NCBI GenBank assembly: GCA_963831855.1
Contig: CAWHSA010000002.1
Coordinates: 248,214 to 312,213 of the forward strand
DNA length: 64,000 nt
DNA from: an uncultured Bacteroidales bacterium
GTDB lineage: Bacteria; Bacteroidota; Bacteroidia; Bacteroidales; VadinHA17
Direction: 5' to 3'
A program made the position numbers and the translations under genes. The notes beneath the pieces were generated by a model. That model was not told the DNA's origin, ran no database searches, and was given only the letters and a program-made list of their open reading frames with translations. This document shows, piece after piece, positions 20,159 through 30,903 of this stretch. Positions within the stretch are counted from its first letter, which is position 1, and each line of letters starts with the position of its first letter.

Positions 20159-22555
20159 CTATAGCTTAACAATAACATTCATTCCCTTATAAACTGCAAC
20201 CTGATTGTATTTAACTTCCGGGTCAGTACCTGTGCCATTACCTGTTGCGACTTTTACAATATTAAATTTTCGTTCGGATAACATTCCGGGGAATGTGCCT
20301 TTCCTGGCGCTAATAGCTAATACTTTTTTGACGTCATCCCACGTAAAGGTAATAGTGGAAAATACACCTTTTTCATAGTTATAATTGTCGTTCTCATCTT
20401 CATATAATGTGAACTCACCATTTGCACCTTCATAAACCCGAATTTCAAGATTGTCCCATTTCTTCTCAGTTGCAAATTGCACTTTAGGGCCAACAGGAAG
20501 TATTGAACCTGCTTTTACATACAATGGAATTATGTCTAAAGGGGTTTCTTTCTTTATTGTTTGTCCGCCTGAAAATTTATTGCCCGTCCAGAAATCGAAC
20601 CAGTCGGATCCTTTGGGTAAGTATATTTCTTTAGTTTTGACAGGACCAAAATCCTCATTCGTATCTTTCGAATACATCGGTTCGGTAACCGGGCAGACCA
20701 GAATCGATTTGCCAAACATGTACTGGTCGTTTATATCGAGAACCTGCTTGTCTTTTGGAAAATCCATCATAAGGGCGCGCATCATACTAGACTGATTGGA
20801 AGTAACATCCCAGGAAGCAGAATAGATATAAGGCAGCAAACTATACCTTACGTTTATGAATTTCTCAATTGCATCATACACCTTATCGCCTTTTTTCCCG
20901 AACTGATAAATTTCCCGGGGAGCATCAGCGCCATGTGATCGCATCATCGGGCAGAATGTCCCGAACTGTATCCACCGTGCGTAAAGTTCACGGTATCCGG
21001 CATCATCGAGTTTCTTTCTGAACCTGCTGAGAAAGAAACCGCCTATATCGCTGTTCCAGTATGGGATATTGCTGAGTGAAATGTTTAAACCGGCTGAGAT
21101 CTGGTTTCTTAATGCCTCCCATGATGCCGTAACATCGCCAGACCAGGTATTTGCACCATAGCGTTGCTGACCGGCAAATGCAGACCGTGTCAGGATAAAC
21201 ACACGTTTGTCAGAAGTCACGGCCCGCTGATGATCGTATATTCCGCCCACAGTCATTAAAGGGAACGCATTCCGTACTTTCCGGAATGACCCAAGGTATG
21301 TCTTATTGTCGAGATCGGAAGGTTTGAAATCCAAATGGTCAGGCTCTGATGAATCCATCCACCAGCCGTCCATTCCAAGCGCAAAGATGCCTTTATTCAG
21401 GTAGTTCCAGTAAATATCGCGGGCTTCAGGGTTAAACGGATCGTAGACTCGTACACCGGAAGGGTAATCTCTGTTGGGTGGCCATTTATCAGAACCGGAT
21501 TGAGGCCATGTCTGAAAATTCATGAGCGCACCTATTTTATCCAATTCCCTGTATTGTTTTGTCTGAGGTCCAAACGAATTCCAGATTGATATAATCATGT
21601 GGGCATTAAGGTTGTGTACATCGTCGATCATTTTCTGAGGATTGGGAAATTCGGCATTGAGGAATTCCATGGCATTCCACAGGTAATTGTTACCCCAGTA
21701 CTGCCAGTCCTGGATAATTCCATCCAATGGTACGCCCAGTTCACGGTATTTTTTCACAACACCTACCAATTCATCCTGACTCTTATAGCGCTCTTTACTT
21801 TGAAAGTAGCCAAATGTCCACAACGGAAACATTGGCACCTGACCTGTTAAGTCGCGCATCCGGGCAATTACACCGTCTGCTGTAGCTCCGTACATAAAAT
21901 AATAATCAATACAATCGCCGACATCTGATTTGAATGATGTTTCATCCGGCCCGTCAACAAAAAGAGCAGGTGAATAATTATCCCAAAAAAGACCATAGCC
22001 TTTAACCGAAATGAAAAATGGGATATAATCGTCAGTATTTCCCTGAACCATATTAAGCTTTATATTACGCTGAATCATCTTGCCTCTCTGCTGCTGGCCC
22101 AATCCATAAATTGCCTCATCTTTATCAAGAAGAAATGACTGAAACACACTGTAAGTTTTTGTACCTGCATCATTAAAATCTGTAAACGAAGCACCCTTTT
22201 CCTTCTCACCTAAAAGAGATTCCCCTTTAAGAGTAGCAAAAGAAATCTTACCTGATTTAAGATTTAATACTACCAGCAGGTTATCACTTTTCAGTGAAAG
22301 TTCATCACCTGATTTCTTAATTTTGAAAGCTGTTTTCTCCGGAGTTTTAATAACAGACAGGCTTTCTTTATTAAAGGTTTTGCCCTCAGGCCATTTCATT
22401 ATCCTCACTGTTGCCGGGCCATAAAACTGAATTTCCACTCCGACAGAATTGATTACCGATTTTATTCCCAGATCAGTTTTCTGATAGGATTGGGCATTGA
22501 CAGTCAGAAACAAGTTGCAAAAAATAAATGTGGATAAGAATAGCTGTTTTTTCAT
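20159..22555 (-). CDS. GH31 glycoside hydrolase (second, divergent paralog; no PA14 insertion)
   Basis: 798 aa with a signal peptide. VPLDGIIQDWQYWG, WWMDSSEPD, KRVFILTRSAFAGQQRYGANTWSGDVTASW. C-terminal beta-sandwiches end ...FTLYEDENDNYNYEKG, as in the other GH31. Confidence 0.85.
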   Translation of the reverse strand: MKKQLFLSTFIFCNLFLTVNAQSYQKTDLGIKSVINSVGVEIQFYGPATVRIMKWPEGKTFNKESLSVIKTPEKTAFKIKKSGDELSLKSDNLLVVLNLKSGKISFATLKGESLLGEKEKGASFTDFNDAGTKTYSVFQSFLLDKDEAIYGLGQQQRGKMIQRNIKLNMVQGNTDDYIPFFISVKGYGLFWDNYSPALFVDGPDETSFKSDVGDCIDYYFMYGATADGVIARMRDLTGQVPMFPLWTFGYFQSKERYKSQDELVGVVKKYRELGVPLDGIIQDWQYWGNNYLWNAMEFLNAEFPNPQKMIDDVHNLNAHMIISIWNSFGPQTKQYRELDKIGALMNFQTWPQSGSDKWPPNRDYPSGVRVYDPFNPEARDIYWNYLNKGIFALGMDGWWMDSSEPDHLDFKPSDLDNKTYLGSFRKVRNAFPLMTVGGIYDHQRAVTSDKRVFILTRSAFAGQQRYGANTWSGDVTASWEALRNQISAGLNISLSNIPYWNSDIGGFFLSRFRKKLDDAGYRELYARWIQFGTFCPMMRSHGADAPREIYQFGKKGDKVYDAIEKFINVRYSLLPYIYSASWDVTSNQSSMMRALMMDFPKDKQVLDINDQYMFGKSILVCPVTEPMYSKDTNEDFGPVKTKEIYLPKGSDWFDFWTGNKFSGGQTIKKETPLDIIPLYVKAGSILPVGPKVQFATEKKWDNLEIRVYEGANGEFTLYEDENDNYNYEKGVFSTITFTWDDVKKVLAISARKGTFPGMLSERKFNIVKVATGNGTGTDPEVKYNQVAVYKGMNVIVKL

Positions 22556-22621
22556 ATTGGATATTTTACAATTTTATTTATTTTCATGCTTCATTGAACT
22601 ATATCATGGCAGGGTATCTTG

Positions 22622-24475
22622 CTACAAAATCAGCTTAAGAGCCCAATCAGTCTCCGATCGGTCTTTCTTGTCAGGAAATGGTGGCAGAATGATCCTCCCC
22701 GACGAATCAGAAGTTATCGGATTGTCCGTGCTGATCCATGTACCTTTTTGCGGATCGAACCAGCTGGCATGGAACATTTTACCAGGATTGAGGCCAGTAA
22801 AAACAGAACGAGGACAATCCTTTTCAAAATAGAGCATTATAAGATCCTGTTCGGGAGTAGCAGAACCATAAGCCCATCCTGTGGTAACCTTTGGGCCGGC
22901 TGACTGATGTGGCAATATTCTTTCTGTACAAGGAATAAGCTCCATATATCTTTTCCCTTCAGAAAGCATGAAACTCTTCAGGTGTCGCATCTGGTCACCT
23001 GATATCCATTGAAACACTTTCCACATCGGGTATTTCGATTCCGGTTCCACCTCGCCGCTCCATACACCGCCGCTCCAGCCCCCGGCTCCGTAGATATGGC
23101 CGCCCAGTCCACCTGAAAGTACACTGCCATACATAGCTGAACGGCACCATAAAGCTGCTTCATCTGACCCTCCCTCAGCATTCTCCATGCCATCGTAATA
23201 TGGTTCGCCGTTGATTGCAGGAACTGCTGGTTCAGTCCTGAATATCTCGGTGAGAAGGGAAAAGCTGTCATGGGTGCGGAGGTTCCCTATCTGATGGAAG
23301 GTGAGCCACCTGGCCCTGTCTGTATGACCCCAGTTATGCAGAGAAGATCCTGTCGGATTAGTTCCTGCAAGTGTCCCGAATGGCGGATGTCCGAATTCCT
23401 CTATGACCCTGTTTGCTGCATTATTCCAGTCGTCAGCGGGGATGGTTTCCCTGTCATAGTCAAAATGAATGGGGCTGAACAGACAGATATTTGACTGGTA
23501 CCGGCTCCAGATGTACTGGATATATCGTACATAAGAATCAGGCCATGAATAGTATTTCTTCCATGCCTGTCCGATGTCTCTTCTTGCTACCTCAATAAAG
23601 GGAACAAATCCCTGCGCATTCAGGTAATCAATTTTTCTGTCAAGGGATTGAAAGTAGGCGGGATCTATTCTGTCCACGTCGGGAAAATAAGATTCAAATC
23701 CCGGAACTTTACCCGGAAACATAAAAGCCCGATGACCAGCCTCATCATTCATCGATTTCGCACTTTTTGTTCCAGCCTGCACCCAGCCTGAGCGGATAAT
23801 AATTCCATCCCCGGTAATGAGTCTGGGTGGTTGATCATCATTGTTCCAGTTTGGCAATGCCGCCAATATTGCAACACAGTTGTATTCCTGCTTATGCCGG
23901 TATGCAACATACTCTTTGAATCCAGCCTCCGGTCCCATCTGGCGAATAGTATCATCATCCCGCCAGCGGAATCTGAACGTTGGGGTCGCCCACCATGTAT
24001 CACCAATCAGAAAATAGGGAGTACCATCAGCATATTGAAATGCGTGGCCATTGGCCGAAGGCTGTATCATACCACGCCTGGATGGATTATCCGCTTTCTG
24101 TGTTTCTGTCCAGGCTATGGCGGTAAAGGATCCACTTTTCCCTTCAAGTCCCGGGTCTGAAGGTTGTGAACCGCTTTTCCATGTCCATGTTCCGGGTACT
24201 GTTGCTGTTATGCGCACACGGAAAGTGTTTCCGCCATCCCAGAAACCATAGCAACGTTTGTCGAAACCAGGACCTTTAAGATCCAGCCAAACCGTCATTT
24301 CTGTGTAAGGATTTTTATATGCATTCCTGGCGGTTAAGGTTATCTCCACCTTTTCCCAGACATGGTATATATTTCCATCAGATGGAGGAGAAGCGACAGA
24401 TACGGGTACGATATTCAGCGATATTATAGCTATTAATATTACAATTGTTTTGGAACAAAATCTGAATCTTTTCAT
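22622..24475 (-). CDS. DUF5060 + DUF4038 (GH140-like, clan GH-A) putative glycoside hydrolase
   Basis: 617 aa with a signal peptide. N-terminal Ig-like domain: YHVWEKVEITLTARNAYKNPYTEMTVWLDLKGPG...FRVRITATVPGTWTWKS. Then ANGHAFQYADGTPYFLIGDTWWA, the motif I associate with DUF4038/GH140 TIM barrels. The family assignment is from memory of motifs only. Confidence 0.55.
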   Translation of the reverse strand: MKRFRFCSKTIVILIAIISLNIVPVSVASPPSDGNIYHVWEKVEITLTARNAYKNPYTEMTVWLDLKGPGFDKRCYGFWDGGNTFRVRITATVPGTWTWKSGSQPSDPGLEGKSGSFTAIAWTETQKADNPSRRGMIQPSANGHAFQYADGTPYFLIGDTWWATPTFRFRWRDDDTIRQMGPEAGFKEYVAYRHKQEYNCVAILAALPNWNNDDQPPRLITGDGIIIRSGWVQAGTKSAKSMNDEAGHRAFMFPGKVPGFESYFPDVDRIDPAYFQSLDRKIDYLNAQGFVPFIEVARRDIGQAWKKYYSWPDSYVRYIQYIWSRYQSNICLFSPIHFDYDRETIPADDWNNAANRVIEEFGHPPFGTLAGTNPTGSSLHNWGHTDRARWLTFHQIGNLRTHDSFSLLTEIFRTEPAVPAINGEPYYDGMENAEGGSDEAALWCRSAMYGSVLSGGLGGHIYGAGGWSGGVWSGEVEPESKYPMWKVFQWISGDQMRHLKSFMLSEGKRYMELIPCTERILPHQSAGPKVTTGWAYGSATPEQDLIMLYFEKDCPRSVFTGLNPGKMFHASWFDPQKGTWISTDNPITSDSSGRIILPPFPDKKDRSETDWALKLIL

Positions 24476-24542
24476 AACTCCCTTATAATATAAATTATCC
24501 GATTGGTTTTACAAATTTGAAACGATATAATTTCATGTTTTA

Positions 24543-27137
24543 TTAAATAATGGAAACAATTGTCATTTTCAAATCTTTAGTGCCGGAGCTGTTCCCATAC
24601 CATATCTCATATTCGCCCGGGGTTACAGCCATTTTTCCACTTGTCTTGTCATAAAACTCAAATGCGGTATCTGGCAGATTAATATTAACATCGCTTGATT
24701 TCCCGGCGGCTATGTCAACCCGTTTAAAGCCTTTTAATGTTTTAAGCGGACCATCGGTATCGTTAACTTTATGAATATATACCTGGACTATTTCAGTTCC
24801 ATCCCTTTTTCCTGTGTTTGATACCGGAATAGTGAGGGCAACGTTTCCCCCCTTTCTGATCTTACTGGTTGAGATTTCTGCATTCCCGATTGAGAATGTT
24901 GTATAACTAAGTCCAAACCCAAATTGGAAGAGGGGATCAGACATGTAGCGATATGTCCGGCCTCTCATTGAATAATCTTCGAAATCAGGCAATTGCTTCA
25001 TATTCTTGTAGAAGGTGATTGGAAGCTTGCCTGAAGGATTATAGTCGCCAAAAAGAACATCGGCTATAGCCTGACCACCGGATTCACCTGAGTACCAGGC
25101 CTGGAGAATAGCATCGCAGCTTTCCGTTTCGGGTATCAGGCCTACAGCAGATCCTGAACAGTTTATGAATACAATTTTCTTCCCGGCCTGTTTCAACGCC
25201 TGTAAGCAATTACGCTGAGTGGCAGGAAGTTCTATATCGGTACGGTCGCCACCCTTGAAACCAGGTAGTTCCACAGGCATCTCTTCACCTTCAACCTGTG
25301 TTGAAAGCCCCCCTGCAAAGATTACAAGATCAATTCCCTGAAGTTTTTTTACCAGGTTACTGTAATCAACATCCTTTTCTTTCCCAAAATTGAAATCGAT
25401 GTTTGCCAGCCAATCGTTCTGCTGAGTAAGTCTGATCTCAATATTATACTTTTTACCCTTTTCAACCCTGAATGGAGTTTTAGCGATTACAGTTCTCCAG
25501 TTACTGTACTTTTTTATTGATTCGCCATTAATCGTAAGTTCAAATAATCCTGTGGCGCCATATCTCAGGACAATGGTCTCATCAATGGTTGGTTCAAAGA
25601 GTGTTTCATATTTAACAGAGAATTTATTCCGATTAACCCCGGCTGCAAAAGTATTCTGACCTGAAACTGATTGCAATATCGGATTTGGAATGAATTGTGT
25701 TAATACTGCATCTCCTTTAAAGTCAGGGTTATTCCAGTAAGTAGCCTTAAATCCTTTTGTGCCGTCAAACGAACAATCCGGAATATAGCTCTCAATTGCA
25801 TTATTATCAACCAGTTCACATCCTTTATCGTAGAGAATTTTGTCAGCCGGTATTTTGGAAGTGATTCCATCAAGGATTGTAATTGTCCTTACAGGAGTTC
25901 CGTTATAATTACCCCATAATACGGGTTCATTGTCGGCATTAGGTCCGATTACTGCAATTTTTCTGGCTGATTTCTTCAAGGGAAGAATGTTATTTTTATT
26001 CTGAAGAAGTGTCATCGATTCACGGGCCATTTCGAGAGCAAGTTTTCTATGATCCTCATTATTTATGACCGAGACAGGTATTTTAGTCCATGGAACCAAT
26101 GCATCCTCATCCATTTCACCAAGGTCGAAACGGCCAATTAATGAGCGCATCAGATGTCTGTTGATTTCTTCTTCGGAAATCAGTCCTTTTTCAATCGCCT
26201 CAGGCAGGTCTTTAAATGCATATGACTGCCAGGCGCATTCAACATCAGTACCCGCCAGAACGCTTTTTGCTGCCGCATGTGTCGGATCGGATGAAACATT
26301 ATGACCCGAATAAAAATCGGCTATTGCATCACAATCTGAAACAACCATATACTTATAGCCCCAGTCATCCCTAAGAATATTCTGAAGCAAACGGCTGTTC
26401 CCGCAACAAGGATCATCATCTAATCTCTGGTAGGCGCACATTACCTGTCTTACGTCTGCCTCCTGAACAAGCGATTTGAAAGCCGGCAGATAAGTTTCCC
26501 AAAGTTCGCGGGGGTTGATGTTGTTCAGGTTGAGGCTATGCCGGCTCCATTCCGGCCCCGAATGGACTGCAAAATGCTTGGCACAGGCAAGCAGTTTCAG
26601 GTACTTTGAATCCGCGGGTCCCTGCAATCCTTTAACAACGGAAACTCCCATTCTTGAAGTAAGGTATGGGTCTTCACCATAGGTCTCCTGTCCACGTCCC
26701 CAACGAGGATCGCGGAAGATGTTGATATTGGGAGTCCAGACAGAAAGGCTCAGGAAACGTTTGTTTTCCAGGCCTTTTTGTATAGCCTCATTATACTTGG
26801 CGCGGGTTTCATCAGAAACAGCGTTGAAAATATGATAAGCCAGAGAGTCATCAAACGAAGCTGCCATTCCAATTGGCTCAGGAAAAACCGTAACCTTTTC
26901 ATTATTGGCCAGGCCGTGAAGAGCCTCGCTCCACCAGTTGAATTTCTTAATACCAAGACGCGGTATAGCCTCTGACTGGTCGCACATCAATGCGGCTTTT
27001 TCTTCAATTGTCAGACGTGATATCAGATCTTTGGCCCGCTCTTCAGAACTTAAACCCGGATTCTGAAAAGGATATCGCTGTCCCCAAAGGCCTGATGTCA
27101 GAATCAGGCTCAGGATAATAAATATAGCTGTCTTCAT
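24543..27137 (-). CDS. GH3 glycoside hydrolase (beta-xylosidase/beta-glucosidase type) with PA14 insertion
   Basis: 864 aa with a signal peptide. RLTIEEKAALMCD...FNWWSEALHG, GEDPYLTSRMGVSVVKGLQG, YMVVSDCDAI (nucleophile Asp region). PA14-like insert: FKATYWNNPDFKGDAVLTQ...FELTINGESI...KGKKYNIEIRL. Fibronectin-like C-terminus. Confidence 0.85.
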   Translation of the reverse strand: MKTAIFIILSLILTSGLWGQRYPFQNPGLSSEERAKDLISRLTIEEKAALMCDQSEAIPRLGIKKFNWWSEALHGLANNEKVTVFPEPIGMAASFDDSLAYHIFNAVSDETRAKYNEAIQKGLENKRFLSLSVWTPNINIFRDPRWGRGQETYGEDPYLTSRMGVSVVKGLQGPADSKYLKLLACAKHFAVHSGPEWSRHSLNLNNINPRELWETYLPAFKSLVQEADVRQVMCAYQRLDDDPCCGNSRLLQNILRDDWGYKYMVVSDCDAIADFYSGHNVSSDPTHAAAKSVLAGTDVECAWQSYAFKDLPEAIEKGLISEEEINRHLMRSLIGRFDLGEMDEDALVPWTKIPVSVINNEDHRKLALEMARESMTLLQNKNNILPLKKSARKIAVIGPNADNEPVLWGNYNGTPVRTITILDGITSKIPADKILYDKGCELVDNNAIESYIPDCSFDGTKGFKATYWNNPDFKGDAVLTQFIPNPILQSVSGQNTFAAGVNRNKFSVKYETLFEPTIDETIVLRYGATGLFELTINGESIKKYSNWRTVIAKTPFRVEKGKKYNIEIRLTQQNDWLANIDFNFGKEKDVDYSNLVKKLQGIDLVIFAGGLSTQVEGEEMPVELPGFKGGDRTDIELPATQRNCLQALKQAGKKIVFINCSGSAVGLIPETESCDAILQAWYSGESGGQAIADVLFGDYNPSGKLPITFYKNMKQLPDFEDYSMRGRTYRYMSDPLFQFGFGLSYTTFSIGNAEISTSKIRKGGNVALTIPVSNTGKRDGTEIVQVYIHKVNDTDGPLKTLKGFKRVDIAAGKSSDVNINLPDTAFEFYDKTSGKMAVTPGEYEIWYGNSSGTKDLKMTIVSII

Positions 27138-27182
27138 ACTATTTGTATTAATTATAACTGCATGGAATATACAGAGATATTT

Positions 27183-29108
27183 TTATTGTAAAGGGCTTAA
27201 TTTTGCAACAAAACCGCCTCTGCGCAATAGTTTTACATTAACGGAACCTGCCTTATCCACAACAATATATTGTGTGGTAAATTCTTTATCATGCACACCA
27301 TCAGATATCAGAGTCATTTTATACCTGGCGCCTTCAGGTAAAAATCCGAAATTCAGGGTTTTGATTCTTTCAACTCTTTCTCCGCTCAACCCTCCAATGT
27401 ACCAGGAATCACCTTTTTTACGGGCAATAATTATGTTGCGCCCCGGATATCCCTCAAGCAGTTTTGTGTCATCCCAGGCATTCGGGACTTCCTTAAGGAA
27501 AGTTCGGGCAGCATCGGGTAATTCCAGATATCCTGAGGGGCGGTCAGCAAGGTGTTGAAGCCCCGATTCAAAGACAACGCTCAGAGCAAGTTCATGACCG
27601 AATGAAGTGATGTGCGGATTTTGAGAATTTGTAAATGTTACCGGTGTATAATCCATTGAACCGATAACATTTCTTGTAAACGGGAGTGTAGTGTTATGTT
27701 CAGGTGCCGTGGCAGTGAGGTCGGGACCATTATTATACCATTCGGCTCCACGTACCCCTTCCAGAGTCATCAGATTCGGATATGTACGCGCCCATCCCCG
27801 TGGAACCAGGCAACCATGAAAGTAGACCATCATTTGGTATGCTGCTGCATCGTCCAGAATATCAAGATAATATTTAATCATATCTTGTTTTTCGCTTTCG
27901 AAAAAGTCAATTTTAACTCCGGAAACTCCCAGCTTTTTCAGTTTTGTAAATTCCTCCACCCTGTTTTCATGAGTAAGCATCCTGTCGCGCGGTGTTGCGG
28001 TCACACCGGTATGCGGTCCTCCCGAATTATACCACATCAGGGGTTTTACACCCTTCGACTGAATATATTTCAATGCATCTTCAAGATTTCCTCCATTGCC
28101 CATTGCATCCCATTCCCAGTCGAGAAGAGTGTATGGCCAACCCATGCTGGCTGCAAGATCTGCAAAATCGCAAACAATTTTAAAATCTTTAGTACCATGG
28201 TTGCTTGACCAGTAGTTCCACGATACCAGGCCGGGTTTGATCCAATCGGTATTCTTTATTACAGAAGGTTGACTAACATCATCTGTAAGCGTTGATTCTA
28301 CAATATCAGAGAGGCTGCCCAAAATTATTATACGCCATGGCGATTTCCATGGCAGATTAATAGTAGGGGTCGATTCCCCCAGTCTGTTCCCATCTCCGGG
28401 GTCGGGGAATGTAATTTTGTAAAGGGATTTATCAGCTGCGTTACTAAGTTTTGAACCACAATAACTTCGGTTCACATTAGCTTCATGGATGAGGTACCAG
28501 ACTTCATTTTCAGGCAGATTAAAGAGAGCGGGATAGCACCAGCCCTGTTGTGTATTATCGTCTGTCATAGCAGTATAAAGCCCCTCATTTGCAGTGTTCC
28601 ATTTTTCAAGCCATCGCTTTGCAGAAGATGGAATATCATAGGCAGTAAATTCGTCCTTAACAATAAATGAGCCTTCTTTCTCAGGGAACTCATAACTGAA
28701 GGCAACACCGTCATTATAGGCTCTTATAATTAAATCTAATCTGGCCTTCCCCGGATTTTCAAAAGAAACAACAATTTCATTGGCCGAATTACTGCGGTTA
28801 GTACGTTTCCCGACCAAAGCAGAATACTGTTCATTTATTAACAGTGTTTTGCCGGCTTTCAGAAACTTAAGGTCAGTACAAAAGTCCTGATCACTGCGAG
28901 ACATCCCAAGTTTAATACGGGGTATTGCTACAGTGTTTTTATCAGCATTGAGATAGTTTACTGTCAGAAACCATTCTCCGGCATCAGTATTCCGGGTATT
29001 GAAAAGTGCAATACTAACCTTTTTGTTTGGCGAAACGACAGTTACTTTTTGTGGTAATGCGGTTAATGTAAATAAGATAAACAGGCCCGCTAATATTTTA
29101 CGTTTCAT
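27183..29108 (-). CDS. GH97 glycoside hydrolase (second, divergent paralog)
   Basis: 641 aa with a signal peptide. VVSPNKKVSIALFNT..., GVKIDFFESEKQDM, LMTLEGVRGAEWYN. C-terminus RRGGFVAKLSPLQ. Confidence 0.8.
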   Translation of the reverse strand: MKRKILAGLFILFTLTALPQKVTVVSPNKKVSIALFNTRNTDAGEWFLTVNYLNADKNTVAIPRIKLGMSRSDQDFCTDLKFLKAGKTLLINEQYSALVGKRTNRSNSANEIVVSFENPGKARLDLIIRAYNDGVAFSYEFPEKEGSFIVKDEFTAYDIPSSAKRWLEKWNTANEGLYTAMTDDNTQQGWCYPALFNLPENEVWYLIHEANVNRSYCGSKLSNAADKSLYKITFPDPGDGNRLGESTPTINLPWKSPWRIIILGSLSDIVESTLTDDVSQPSVIKNTDWIKPGLVSWNYWSSNHGTKDFKIVCDFADLAASMGWPYTLLDWEWDAMGNGGNLEDALKYIQSKGVKPLMWYNSGGPHTGVTATPRDRMLTHENRVEEFTKLKKLGVSGVKIDFFESEKQDMIKYYLDILDDAAAYQMMVYFHGCLVPRGWARTYPNLMTLEGVRGAEWYNNGPDLTATAPEHNTTLPFTRNVIGSMDYTPVTFTNSQNPHITSFGHELALSVVFESGLQHLADRPSGYLELPDAARTFLKEVPNAWDDTKLLEGYPGRNIIIARKKGDSWYIGGLSGERVERIKTLNFGFLPEGARYKMTLISDGVHDKEFTTQYIVVDKAGSVNVKLLRRGGFVAKLSPLQ

Positions 29109-29150
29109 TTGCTTTTATAAAGTTTGGATGGTTTATAGTATCAATTACTT

Positions 29151-30788
29151 TTATTTTTGGTAAACCTTAAATACGATAGCTATCTTGTTTGGGATAGTAG
29201 TGGGTTCCTCAATATTCAGACTTTCAGCATTCTGAGTCCATTTTATCTTTTCTTTGCTGCCCAGCAGTTCAATTTTCAATATTTTACCCGGCGTAATTGA
29301 AGTGCCCAGGTTTGTAATTAATATGGCTTCTTCGGGAACCCCCATAAGGGTAACATAAAGAATTTTCCCGTTCCGGTTAAACCGGATATCTTTTGAAGTG
29401 AATTTCACTCTGCCTTCATTAAATCCCTGTGCCCGGATAGGATTTGAAGCTTCAGCTGCCGGACCTTCACCAAACACTATCCATGGACGGGTATCAAAAA
29501 TACTCTCCTTGTTTATATCCATCCATGAGGCGATTTCTTCCACAACGGCAATTTCTTTTTCATCAATGGTGCCATCGCCTCTGACAGGAATATTCAGGAG
29601 CAGGTTCCCATTCTTGCTTACAACATCAACCAGCATGTGGATTACATCCTTAGCCGATTTATACCGGTTATTCTCATATACTGAAGTGCTATAATGCCAA
29701 TCGCCAATGCATGAGCAGGTTTGCCAGGCAAGATCCTGAATTTTATCGGGTGCACCCCGTTCAACATCCCAAACCAAAGACTTTTTCTGTTCATCCGTCA
29801 GAACTTTTCCGAACAGAACCGCTTCCAGCTTGCCGTTGTGCATTGCCATATTACTGTTGTAGAAGTGAGCAGCAATCTTCAAACCGGCATCACTAAAAGG
29901 GTATAAAGGTAGCGCAGTGTCATCAAAATACAGGAGGTCGGGATGAAATTTATTAATCATATCGATTGTACGATTATAAAATTTCTCAGTGTATTCCTGT
30001 GATGGCAATACCACACCATTGCCCCAGGTCCACTGGCTATGGATCTTGTTGATATCCTCGCTGCCTTCGCTTAAAGGATGATTCTGAGAATACAATTCCT
30101 GTGGATCAAGTCCTTCCCACCATTTCCCAACGCCATCTTTTCTGGTAAGCCTACCATCGTAAGGCACTCCTGCAAATTCACCATTTTTATCGGTCTGCTG
30201 AGAAGTTTCGAACCACGACCAGGCATGGGCCGCATGGACACTTAATCCGAATGGCAGGTTATTCTTTTTTGCAGCGGCAGCCCAGCCGGCAAGTATATCT
30301 TTTTTTGGTCCGACTCTGACCGTATTCCATTCCTGATACTTGCTATCCCACATATCAAGGTTATCATGATGGTTAGCCATGGCAAAAAAGTATTGAGCTC
30401 CTGCCCTTTTGTATAATGCAACAAGTTTCTCAGGATCCCATTTATCTGCTTTCCAGCTGTTGATAACTTCCATGAATCCAGCCTTTGAGGGGTGGTCATA
30501 ATTTTCGAGATGCCATTTATACTGGCTGGTACCTTCTTTATACATCAGACGTGCATACCAGTCGCCTTGTCCGGGCTGACATTGCGGGCCCCAGTGGGCC
30601 CAGATTCCAAATTTGGCATTTCTGAACCATTCCGGTACTTTATACTGCTGAAGCGATTCCCAGGTTGGTTCAAACTTCCCGGTAGCAACCTTTTCGTTTC
30701 CGGGCCTGACAGGGACCACATAGTTTTCCTGGGCTGAAAGTGAATAATTAACCAGAAACCAGAAGGTAAAAATCAACGCAATCTTCAT
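29151..30788 (-). CDS. GH29 alpha-L-fucosidase family protein
   Basis: 545 aa with a signal peptide. FEPTWESLQQYKVPEWFRNAKFGIWAHWGPQCQPGQGDWYARLMY, then YFFAMANHHDNLDMWDS. A C-terminal beta-sandwich follows. Confidence 0.8.
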   Translation of the reverse strand: MKIALIFTFWFLVNYSLSAQENYVVPVRPGNEKVATGKFEPTWESLQQYKVPEWFRNAKFGIWAHWGPQCQPGQGDWYARLMYKEGTSQYKWHLENYDHPSKAGFMEVINSWKADKWDPEKLVALYKRAGAQYFFAMANHHDNLDMWDSKYQEWNTVRVGPKKDILAGWAAAAKKNNLPFGLSVHAAHAWSWFETSQQTDKNGEFAGVPYDGRLTRKDGVGKWWEGLDPQELYSQNHPLSEGSEDINKIHSQWTWGNGVVLPSQEYTEKFYNRTIDMINKFHPDLLYFDDTALPLYPFSDAGLKIAAHFYNSNMAMHNGKLEAVLFGKVLTDEQKKSLVWDVERGAPDKIQDLAWQTCSCIGDWHYSTSVYENNRYKSAKDVIHMLVDVVSKNGNLLLNIPVRGDGTIDEKEIAVVEEIASWMDINKESIFDTRPWIVFGEGPAAEASNPIRAQGFNEGRVKFTSKDIRFNRNGKILYVTLMGVPEEAILITNLGTSITPGKILKIELLGSKEKIKWTQNAESLNIEEPTTIPNKIAIVFKVYQK

Positions 30789-30903
30789 AATTTCTATTTC
30801 TTTCTTTTAACTAAATTCGTTCAAACCCGGTCCAGGGACATTCACAACATTCCTCTTAATCAGCGAATGAGGACTGAATATTTGGCAATATGCCCGGAAA
30901 GAA

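Noticed and set aside
22497-22903. Plus-strand ORFs (22497-22832 and 22619-22903) spanning the GH31 / DUF4038 junction, considered as a possible divergent small gene.
   Set aside because: They mostly overlap the 3' end of the DUF4038-type CDS on the other strand. They have no signal peptide or motifs, and the 66-nt intergenic gap is too short to host a separate gene.
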